Assembly: GCF_009914755.1 (NCBI RefSeq)
Contig: NC_060925.1
DNA from: the human T2T-CHM13v2.0 reference genome, Homo sapiens
Strand: one strand, 5' to 3'
DNA length: 64,000 nt
Under the pieces are notes generated by a model, which saw only the letters and a program-made list of their open reading frames with translations, was not told the DNA's origin and did no database searches. The position numbers were made by a program, and so were the translations under genes. Shown one piece after another: positions 1 to 10,120 of this stretch (within the stretch, counting starts at the first letter, position 1; each line of letters starts with the position of its first letter).

Positions 1-699
1 CTGCTGGCAAAGATAATGCATTACTTCATATGTTCTCAATGCAGCAGACAGCAAGCTGAAAATTATTTAGATGCGCAGAGCACAGAGGTCTGTAAATAAA
101 AGACCAGGGTCTTCAAGCTTAATAATTCCATTTACCCAAGGTCATTGGCTGTGTTTATTCACACTTGGAGATGACCAAAAAACAACTACGCTGAAAGTCT
201 GTCATACTTTTTAGGGTATCTTATTGTCCAAAACTAATCCAGTGGGTCATGAACCCATACTAAAAGGAAGTGGCTTGCTACATATGTGCAGTCCTTAGTG
301 AAGATATTTTCCTGAATGTCCATTTCAGATGTGGCCACAGAGGACAACAGAAAAGGAAGACCCTCCTGAAGAGCAAATCCAGGGGCCACGAAAGAAAATG
401 AACAAGAGAATTTTTATTGAAGAGCAGAACCTGGGACTGCCAGATGGACCAACTAAAGAACTCACTTCACAACTAGGGCAGTGAGTCCTCACCATTTCTT
501 CTCAGCAAGAGTTGGCTGCCATAAAATCAGAGAGGCTATTCTTGCCTTATGGTTAATAAAAGTATCTATAGGTAACTGAACCTTGAGGAACCAAATTGAG
601 GCCTGATGAAGGAGACTGTACATCATCCAGAGAGAATGAACTTGGAGCAGGATGTAAAGACTGCAGGGGAGAAATCAGGGTTTTTCTGCTGGAGGAAGA

Positions 700-1122
700 A
701 GCAGAGGGTACATAGACATAAGGTATCCAAAGAAGCCCACTATAGAAGCTGGGACAGATTGCATACTTATTCTCAATTCTTCACTCCTTCCTATGCAGTA
801 GAGCAGAGAAAATTGAGTATACCTGTGACTTGCTTTGACCAATGGAAAGTTAGAGGGGACAAGGGCACAGGCTTTAAACATGCCCATATGGGACTTCTGT
901 GCCTACCATGAGAACATGCCCCATAATTGTTAATGCAGGGAGAATGAGGAGATGTGGTGCAGACTCTTAGCCAATCCCAAGAGCTGGGTTCAAGGGTAGC
1001 CAACACTCATCCTAGAGAAGTGTCCCCTCTGACCTGCAGACACATGGCCAAGAAAAATCAATGCATGTTGTTGTAAACCATTGCATTTCAAGGCTGTTTG
1101 TGATGCAGCATCCTGGCTAATA
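700..1122 (+). mobile_element. Old MaLR MLT1-family LTR (start approximate; MLT-internal-like sequence may extend upstream)
   Basis: 3' end resembles the MLT1 terminus: '...aatcaatgcatgttgttgtaaaccattgcatttcaaggctgtttgtgatgcagcatcctggctaata'; core 'cctgtgacttgctttgaccaatggaa' is also MLT1-like. Confidence 0.6.
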
Positions 1123-1930
1123 AACCAGCCAGGTCTATTCTAACAATTGTAGCTCAGAGTAAAGAATGTGGGCATCTCATCAGCAGACATGATCACTAAA
1201 AAGACAGAGAAAAGATACAATGAGAAAACTATAAGCAAACGCTTGGAAATCCAAAGAACCAAATAGAAGAAAGAAGAAAGATTAAGAAATTTCTAGAAAC
1301 ATCCTACAGTGGTCAGGAAGACTGAGACATTGAGCCTAGGGATAAAAATGGACAGGCAGATTCATATCATGCTTAAAAAGAAACAGCAAATGATTGAGAA
1401 GTTTTTTTTTAAAGTGGAACTATTTCAAAAGTAAGAAATTAGTAAAGGGACAAAGTTGTTAATGCACCATAAACAAGTGATCAAAAGCAGAAAAAAAAAA
1501 ATGAACTGCTGTGGAAATGGACACAGTGTGATCCTATTTTTAGTGGACTACTTGAGTTTTTTAAAAAATTAGGAGGAAGGTAAAAGGTTCAGAAAATAGA
1601 AACAGAAGTGTAAATAATACTATGAAATGGGCCTAGCTGAAACAGCTGACTTTTCAAAAGAATACATTAAATGAAGAATACAGAATGAGATCCTTAAAAA
1701 AAGAAGTCAGGAAAGTATTACATAGAGTAATTGCAAAGGCCTTCTCTCCTTATAACACGGAAATTGATGGATTTGAGAATAAGGATATTAAAAAAGATCT
1801 TTAAGAGTCTACAGGAAATAGAAGAGCTAGGACAAAGCATGGATGTCATGTAGAATATTTTATGACAAACTGCTGACCTGAGCCAATAATTCTTGGGCTG
1901 GGGAAAAAAACTGTTTCTCTAAAGATAGGT

Positions 1931-1954
1931 GGGTGGGGGTGAGGGTGGGGAGGG
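1931..1954 (+). other. Putative G-quadruplex motif
   Basis: gggtgggggtgagggtggggaggg: five runs of at least 3 G with 1-3 nt loops. Confidence 0.7.
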
Positions 1955-2739
1955 AAAATTGTAATGCCTACTTTCTAAATAGATTTCAAAGGAATGCGGG
2001 AGAACACAAAGAGAACTAGCTTGCATTGATTTTTTTTAATATTAGCATTTTGTTGATAAAACAGAAAGCAGGAAGAAAAATAATAAATCATGCATGTAGT
2101 AATAAAAAGTGTGGTAGGTGATTAACGTGTTAAGAGTCAAGGGAAGAACTCATCAGAAGAGTAAAAGAAGAGAACTGAAAAGCAAAGGGGGACAATCAAC
2201 AAAATGTGAACATAAGTTTATACGAGGAATGCAATCATACAGGTACCAATAACTCAGTTGTAAGGAATAATTGAAATATGCACATACATAAAAAGTACAC
2301 ATACTTTGTATAACTTGGAAAACATTTGAGGATCAAATAAAATAATGTATTCAAAAATATTTATAAAAAGCCTGAAGTTTTCTACAGACAAATTAGTGGG
2401 TGCAATACTGAGCGCTACTCCTTGAAGGTGAACAACATAGAAATATTGTTCAGTGCAACTCAACAAATGTTTATTTAACGACTGCAATGTACTGAGCAAA
2501 TTTTAGGCTCTGGTAAGACACATCAGTAATGAAGGCAAACATATGCATTAACTATATCAAGCAGGACAAAGGGCTCTAAAGAGAATGAATGCAGTTCTCC
2601 AAACAGAGATCTCTGCTGTCACTATTGAATATCTTGTAAACTCTCCAGAAACATGTGTATGTGCAAGCGTGTGTCTGTTTGTGCATATATATATATGTGT
2701 GTGTGTGTATATTTTAATGCTACACATTTGAAGATACCT

Positions 2740-3460
2740 TATTACACTATTCACGACTTTGTGATTTTCTCTTAACACAGCAATTTGGAGATTACCCCCT
2801 TTCAGAACATAGAGAGAGCTACTTCATTTCTCCTAATAGCATATTTTATTGCATGGTTGTGCCATAATTTATTGAATTACTGGCCTTTAATGAACAATTA
2901 TGCCATTTCCAGTCCTTTCTTATTCATGTAATGCTTATTCATACTGTGCTTTATATATGGGCTAATATACCTGTTAACACAAATCTTGAGAAGTGAAATT
3001 TCTGTCACCCGGCAAGTGAATTTTTAATTTTGATACATAGTGCCAAATAGCCTTCAAAGTGAAACATTCACTTATATTCCCACCAACAGTGCACAAAATT
3101 GCTTTTGTCCTCAAACTTCCTGCCAATGCCATTTATTATCAAACCATTTGATCCTTGCAAGTACAGTAAGTAAGAAGCTATCTCATTGCTGTTTGAATTA
3201 CAAACTACAAATCTCATTGTAGTTTAAAATGCAAACCATAATGGTCTTATTATGAGCAAATATGAGTAGCTTTTTACATATTTAAAAGTCTTTTGAGTTT
3301 CTCTTACTGTGAATTATCTGTCTATAATCTTGGCCTATTTTTAAAAAGTAATAAGTTAGAAGAAATGAGCCAATTTTCATATATCTTGGCAGGTTTTTCC
3401 AGTTTCTTATTTTCCATTCAAATTTATTTATGGTTGTTTTAAACCATTTTGACATTTTGA
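2740..3460 (-). mobile_element. Ancient L1 (L1ME-like) 3' fragment, antisense
   Basis: Antisense L1 3'-region motifs such as 'tgccaaatagccttcaaagt...ttatattcccaccaacagtgcac' and 'atctcattgtagttt'; boundaries approximate. Confidence 0.6.
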
Positions 3461-3461
3461 T

Positions 3462-3930
3462 CTTTTTTTAATTTTGAGATTATTGTAGATTTATTTGCAG
3501 TTTTAAGAAATACTACAGACAGAATTCCATATACCTTTCACCATTTTCCCTCACTGGTAACGTTTTGCATAACTACAGGACAATGTCACAAGTAGGAAGT
3601 TGACACTGACACAATGCATCTACCTTATTCAGATGTCAGATTTACATTCACTTGTGTGTGTGTTAGTTCTACACAATGTTGTCACAGTGCAATTTCCTGT
3701 GTGCACTACTGTGGTCGAGATACAGACTTGTGTTTCATCGCAAGGATTCCCTTGCTACCCTTTTCTATTCACAGTCCCTCCTTAAGCCCTGACAAGCACA
3801 CATCTGTTCTCCATCTCTATAACTTGGTCACTTCAAAAATGAATGGAATCATGGAGTATGAATGGAATCATGGAATATGCAATATTCTGAGATTGGCTTT
3901 TTCCACTCAGTGTAATTGTCTTGCATTTGT
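3462..3930 (-). mobile_element. L1MC/L1MD-like 3' end, antisense
   Basis: 'tttttaattttgagattattgtagatt...aagaaatactacagacagaattccatatacctttcacc' and 'ctgttctccatctctataac...aatggaatcat...gattggctttttccactcag' match old L1 3' UTRs. Contains a 19-bp tandem duplication at 3839-3876. Confidence 0.7.
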
Positions 3931-4416
3931 AAAAAATTTGGCATTTCGAATTTTGGTACTATGCTATTTAGCTTAAGGTTCATACCAAACTTTAATTGTA
4001 GATTTAAACTTTTTCATTGTCTTTCGTTTGGTAGTTTCATGCAGTTTTCCCTACAGTGGATCTTGTATAATTTTAATAAAATTACTCTTGCTTGCTTTTA
4101 GTTTTAATTTGTTTACCTATATTTTGCTTCCTGCCTTTATTGATTTTAGATGAATATCATAATAGCACCTGTGTCATTTTGTGGTCCAAATTGATGCTCT
4201 TTTAATGAGCAATTTTATCTCATTGATACTTACTGATATGGCAATTAGCTGTGGCATTTTATTTCAAGTTCTACTTTCTGTATTTAATGCTATTTATTTT
4301 TGCTATATTGTCTATATTTCTTGTATTTGCATGTTTTACTTTTATAATTTGGAAACCATATTGTCTTCTTCAGATTTTCTGGTAGTAACATATAATATAC
4401 ACATATGTATATATTT

Positions 4417-5015
4417 AAAGAAAGGACATGAGAAATGCAGATACAATTCTGCAAAAGAACAAATAGAAAAAAGGTAAGAACACATCAAAAATATTTAGTT
4501 GTAAAAGACATGAAAATTATAAGAAAACCTTTCTCTGAGAATTCAAAGAAATTTTTTAAAAAGTCTTCTGATACATATATATGTGTATATATATACATAT
4601 ATGTATATGCGTATGTATATATGTGTATACATACATGCATATATATGTGTGTATATACATATGTGTATATATACATGTATGTAGTATATATACATGCGTA
4701 TATATGTATGTGTATACATACACATATCTATGTATATATGTATATGTATATGCAGGTATATATGTATATATAAATGTATATATACATATATACCTGCATA
4801 TATATGTATATATATACACATATATACATGCATACATGTGTATATATATACACATATATATGTATCAGAAGACTTTAAAAAAATTTCTTTGAATTCTCAG
4901 AGAAGGGTTTTCTTATTTTCATGTCTTTTATGACTAAATATTTTTGATGTGTTCTTACCTTTTTTCTATTTGTTCTTTTGCAGAATTGTATCTGCATTTC
5001 TCATGTGCTTTCTTT
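4417..5015. repeat. Long inverted repeat (quasi-palindrome): ~155-bp arms flanking a TA/CA/TG-rich tract
   Basis: 4417-~4575 (aaagaaaggacatgagaaatgcagatacaattctgcaaaag...aagtcttctgataca) is the reverse complement of ~4861-5015 (tgtatcagaagact...tgcagaattgtatctgcatttctcatgtgctttcttt), with a few substitutions and short indels. Mirror ORFs 4435..4773(+) and 4556..4855(-) reflect this. Confidence 0.97.
4571..4865. repeat. Degenerate alternating purine-pyrimidine microsatellite (TA/TG/CA)n
   Basis: ~295 bp of atatatgtgtatatatatacat-type repeats, directly visible. Confidence 0.97.
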
Positions 5016-6834
5016 CTGTTTGTCTTTGTTATTTTTGTTGTTTTTCCCCAGGCCAACTATGCATTAGAGGATAATGTTAGAAAGCACATCAGTGGAGTGA
5101 GTTAGATATTCAGGTAGCTTGCATTCAAATTTGTGTCTTGAAATGTTTCCCAACAAAAGACTGACCTAGAATTTGATTTTTCTCTGGGATAAACTTTCCA
5201 TATTATGCAATCATGTTTGCCACCAGATTTTATGCAGTAACTTGGAGTTTATATTACTTTTGCATATCAAATAATCAACTGAAAGATTGCTTGCTAACAT
5301 TTTCCCTCCCACTCAGCTAGAAGGATTGATGTATTGTTTTGTTTTGTTTTCTGCTTTTTCTGTTTGTTTGTTTGTTTGTTTTGCAAAGAGAGGTGTGTAG
5401 GCACTTTACTAGCTCCACCTTCCCTGACATTCTTTTCTGCCCAGCAAGGTTAGTGATGCCCCAGACTCTGACACAGCAGCTGAGCGCTTGCTGTTCCAAA
5501 GAGGCCGCTGACGACATTTCAGAAAGTGTAACTTACCTTTGGATAATTCTGCATGCTTTCTGTGAACATGGAGGCACACACCTCCTGCTGCTTTCCTCAT
5601 TTTAACTAGATTTAAATTTCATAACACTTTTACAGCCCTCCAGGTTTTCATTTCTGCTTCTTTGTTCTCTGTTTTGGTTTTAAGTTGGTTTCAAAGAACG
5701 AGGCAGAAATGTCTTTACTCTGCCATCTTTAATTGGTTCCTGTACTCTTTAATACATTTTAAAATTAAAGCCAGAGAAAGAATAATTAAACTTCCATGCT
5801 GCAACCCATAGAAGTTCCAATTTCTTGTGTACACAGACTCTCTCTCTCTGCATTTTTAAGAAGTTCCATACACTTTTAGGAAGACTTACTGTCTTCTCCA
5901 CCAACCTGAGACACGTACCCCTACAAGGGTACATGAAATTCCACTCAACATTCTGTGAGTTCACACCAAAGATTCATAAGGCTACACATTGTTCCTTCTA
6001 TCATTTTCTAAAAGGGTTTTCTTCTCATATTTTCTTGTATGGTTATAAATAACATGTTTCTGTTCACAGTTTGTATTTAGAACATTTGCTAGGCATTTTG
6101 TTTTCAATCATAATCCTTAGAGCCTTGAAACAAACAAATCACATATACTGTATAGAATGATATCTGCTTGGTATTTCTGCCTTAGGAAATAACGTTCATT
6201 TTTGAGGCTTCATTTTAATGTACAGCAGAATTTAGTGATATCACAATCCCCTACACAGTTCTAGTAAAACTAAATGAAACAGTGTGAAGCTCCTAGCTTT
6301 ATCTGAACTCCCATGTCTGAAATCTGTCCTTTGTTGGTGTTTAGTTTGCCTGGAATGTTTGTTTACCTACTGCCTGTTGACTAGCTTCCAAATCCTCTTG
6401 ATGAGCTGATTTCATAACAGCTGAAAATAACATTGCATTCCTCACCTGTAACAGGTGGTCCCCAAGTGGCTGTCCATCTTCCCTTGTGGTCTCTGCTGTG
6501 AACTGTAAATCATGTCAAGAAACGACAACCCGTTAGATGACATGATCTACCATCACTGCGAGGAGCCACCAGTCACAACATGCACACACTTTATCCATCC
6601 TATGCGCAAATGATAAATTTGGTCAAAAGATTGCCATTTCATGTTCTGGAAAACATGAACTTATGTGAGCTTATACATAAAATATTTTAATCTATAATCT
6701 CACGTATATGTCATTATGTCATATTTCCCGGAATTCAGCTGCCAAAAATAACATTAAAGAAGTAGTTCATGTCAGGTAAGATGAGAATGCCCCATAAATA
6801 CTGATTCTGAACCTCTAGCAGCCATACATATGTT

Positions 6835-7020
6835 AATTCATTATTCCACAAATATTTTGTGCACATATTCTGTGCCAAGCACTGTGCTAGGTCCGAAGGA
6901 TACCAAAATTAATCATTACAAACTCAGAGTCCAAAGAAAAAGGCAGACTCACAAATAAACAGCTGTAAAAATGTGTGTTGCTCTATTTGGAGGTATTACG
7001 TAGACATTAGGGAGAGAGCA
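6835..7020 (-). mobile_element. L2 LINE 3' end, antisense; continues after the THE1 insertion (~9320-9720 and ~10770-10930)
   Basis: 'attcattattccacaaatattttgtgcacatattctgtgccaagcactgtgctagg' is the typical antisense L2 tail. Confidence 0.7.
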
Positions 7021-7022
7021 TC

Positions 7023-9318
7023 TGTATTAGTCCATTTTCACACTGCTGATAAAGACATATCCGAGACTGGGCAATTTACAAAAGAAAGAGGTTTATTGGA
7101 CTCACAGTGCCACATGGCTGAGGAGGCCTCACAATCATGGCAGAAGGTAAAAGGCAAGGAGAAGCAAGTCACATCTTAACATGAATAGCGGCAGGCAAAA
7201 AGAGCTTGTGCGGGGAACCTCCACCTTATAAAGCCATCAGATCTTGGGAGACTTATTCACTATCACGATAATAGCACAGGAAAGTCCTGCCCCCATGATT
7301 CAATTACCTACCACCAGGTCCCTCCCACAACTTGTGGGAATTCAAGGTAAGATTTGGGTGGGGACACAGCCAAACCACATCATTCTGCCCCAGCCCCTCC
7401 CAAATCTTATGTCCTCACATTTAAAAACCAGTCATGCCTTCCCAATGGTCCCCCTAAGTCTTAACTCATTTCAGCATTAACTCAAAAGTCCACAGTCCAA
7501 AGTCTTGTTCGAGACAAGGCAAGTTCCTTCCACCTATGAGCCTGTGAAATCAAAAGCAGGTTAGTTACTTCCTAGATACAGCAGTGGTACAAGCATTGGG
7601 TAAATACAGCCATTCCAATAGGGAGAAATTGGCCAAAACAAAGGGGCTACAGACCCCATGCAAATCTGAAATCCAGCAGGACAGTCAAATCTTAAAGCTC
7701 CAAAATGATCTCCTCTGATCCCATGTCTTGCATCCAGGTCAGGCTGATGCAAGATGTGGGTTCCCATGGTCTTGGGCAGCTCTGCCCCTGAGGCTGTGCA
7801 GGATGCAGCCTCCCCTCCCTGCTGGCTGCTTTCATGGGCTGCCACTGAGTGTTTGTGGCTTTTCCTGGTGCACAGTGCAAGCTGTCAGTGGATCTCCCAC
7901 TCTGGGGTCTGGAGGATGGTGGCCCTCTTCTCATAGCTCCACGAGGTGGTGCCCCAGTAGGGACTCTGTGTGGGGGCTCCAACCCCACATTTACTTTCTG
8001 CATTGCCCTAGTAGAGGTTTTCCATGAGAGGCCTGCCCCTGCAGCAAACTTTTGCCTGGACATCCAGGCATTTCCATATGGCCTCTGAAATCTAGGCAGA
8101 GGTTCCCAAACCCCAATTCTTAACGTCTGTGCACCACCAGGCTCAACATCAGGTAAAAGCTGCCAAGGCTTGAGGCTTGCACCCTCTGCAGCCATGGCCT
8201 GAGCTCTACATTGACACCTTTCAGCCACGGCTGGAGCAGCTGGGACGCAAGACACCAAGTCCCTAGGCTGCACACAGCATGGAGACCCCAGATTCGAACC
8301 ACTAAACCATTTTTCCTCCTAGACCTCCTGGCCTGTGATGGGAGGGGCTGCTGTGAAGACCTCTGACATGCCCTGGAGACATTTTCCCCATTGTCTTAGA
8401 GATTAACATTTGGCTACTTGTTACACAAATTTCTGCAGCTGGCTTGGATTTCTCCTCAGAAAATGGGATTTTCTTTTCTATCACATTGTCAGGCTGCAAA
8501 TTTTCCAAACTTTTATTCTCTACTTCCCTTATAAAACTGAATGCCTTTAACAACACCCAAGTCACCTCTTGAATGCTTTGCTGCTTAAAAATTTTTTCTA
8601 CCAGATATCCTAAATCATCTCTAGCAAGTTCAAAGTTCCACAAATCTCTAGGGCAGCAACAAAATGCTGCCAGTCTCTTTGCTAAAACATAACAAGAATC
8701 ACCTTTGCTCCAGTTCCCAACAAGTTCCTCATTTCCATCTGAGACCAACTCAGCCTGGACTTTATTGTCCATATCATTATCACCATTTTGGTCAAAGCCA
8801 TTCAAGAAGTCTCTAGGAAGTTTCAAACTTTCCCACATTTTCCTATCTTCTGAGTCCTCCAAACGGTTCCATCCAATCTCTTCCTGTTACCCAGTTCCAA
8901 AGTCACTTCCACATTTTTGGGTATCTTTTCAGCAGTGCCACACTTCCCGTACCAATTCACTATATTAGCCCATTTTCACACTGCTGATAAAGACACACCT
9001 GAGACTCAGCAATTTACAAAAGAAAGAGGTATTGGACTTACAGTTGAACATGGCTGGGGAGGCCTCATAATCATGGCAGAAGGTGAAAGGCAAGAAGGAG
9101 CAAGTCACAATCTTACATGGAGGGGGTCAGGCAAAAAGAGCTTGTGCAGGGAAACTCCACCTTATAAAGCCATCAGATCTTGTGAGACTTATTCACTATC
9201 ATAAAAACAGCATGAGAAAGCCCTGCCCCCATGATTCAGTTACCTACCACCAGGTCACTCCCACAACATCTGGGAATTCAAGATGAGATTTGTGTGAGAA
9301 CACAGCCAAACCCTATCA
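7023..9318 (-). mobile_element. Full-length THE1A-type MaLR provirus (LTR 7023-7382, internal 7383-8960, LTR 8961-9318)
   Basis: Two ~360-bp direct repeats run from 't(g/a)tattag(t/c)ccattttcacactgctgataaagac' to 'cagccaaacc..atca', the reverse complement of the THE1 LTR. Both lack the 'ttatgggagctac' segment and carry 'gcaatttacaaaagaaagagg' (THE1A-like). Internal region is ~1.6 kb. 5-bp near-TSD: gcatc (7018-7022) / gcttc (9319-9323). Confidence 0.93.
7692..8862 (-). pseudogene. Disrupted THE1-internal (MaLR) ORF remnants
   Basis: ORFs 8302..8862 (MEDSEDRKMWESLKLPRDFLNGFDQNGDNDMDNKVQAELVSDGNEELVGNWSKGDSCYVLAKRLAAFC...) and 7692..8273 match the familiar THE1-int translation and are broken by frameshifts. 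Confidence 0.8.
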
Positions 9319-9420
9319 GCTTCATTCTGGGGTCAGGTGGTAGGGACAACACAAACACCAAGATAAGTTCCTTTGGAGATATGGCATGAGCTGAGGCTTA
9401 TAGGATGAATAAGAAGTATG

Positions 9421-9510
9421 CTTGGTAAAGGAGTTCAGGCAGGAAGGCATTGGGGAGTGGCATTTCTTGGTAAAGGAGTTCAGGCAGGAACACATTGGGG
9501 AGTGGCATTT
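9421..9510 (+). repeat. 45-bp tandem duplication (2 copies)
   Basis: cttggtaaaggagttcaggcaggaaGGcattggggagtggcattt (9421-9465) and cttggtaaaggagttcaggcaggaaCAcattggggagtggcattt (9466-9510). Confidence 0.95.
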
Positions 9511-9756
9511 ATTGTATAGGGGAAGGAGCAAAGGTATAGAGTTGAGAAGGAGGTTAGAACACGCAAGGAACTACCAGCAATACTATAGGAGTTTACTTAG
9601 TGATGCTGGGGCCAGTGAGATATGTGGAGCAGTAAGCAAAGGGCAAGGTTGAGGAGCACTCCAGGAACAGTGTGTAGGAAGCCAGGCTGGATCCTGTGGT
9701 CAGGAGCTTCTGAAGAGCTTGCTGTTGTGGATATTTGCTTGCACTTAAATAACTTT

Positions 9757-10119
9757 TGTATTAGTCTGTTTTCACACTACTGATAAAGACATACCCAACA
9801 CTGGGTAATTTATAAAGAAAAAGAGGTTGAATGGACTCACAGGTCCACATGGCTGCGGGGGGCCTCACAATCATGGTGGAAGGTGGAAGCCATGTCTTAC
9901 ATGGTGGCAGGCAAGAGAGAATGAGAGCCAAGCAAAAGGAGAAACCCCCTATAAAACCATCAGATTTCATGAGACTTTTTCACTACCATATGAACAGTAT
10001 GGGGGACACCGCCCCCATGATTCAATTATCTCCCACCAGGTCCTTCCCACAATACATGGGAATTATGGGAGCTAAAATTCAAGATGATATTTGGGTGGGG
10101 ACACAGACAAATTATATAA
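9757..10119 (-). mobile_element. Solo THE1 LTR (THE1B/C-like)
   Basis: 'tgtattagtctgttttcacactactgataaagac...gggaattatgggagctaaaattcaagatgatatttgggtggggacacag'; near-TSD acttt/tcttt. Confidence 0.92.
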
Positions 10120-10120
10120 T

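Noticed and set aside
3839-3876. GGAAT-containing repeat suggesting satellite II/III
   Set aside because: A 19-bp tandem duplication of the normal L1 3' motif 'atgaatggaatcat'.
4435-4933. Several 60-110 aa ORFs rich in Y/I/C/V/M/H/T
   Set aside because: Translations of the TA/CA/TG microsatellite, which is largely stop-free; no evidence of coding.
9421-9510. Direct repeats as a possible CRISPR-like array
   Set aside because: Only two adjacent copies with no spacer, in primate DNA; a simple tandem duplication.
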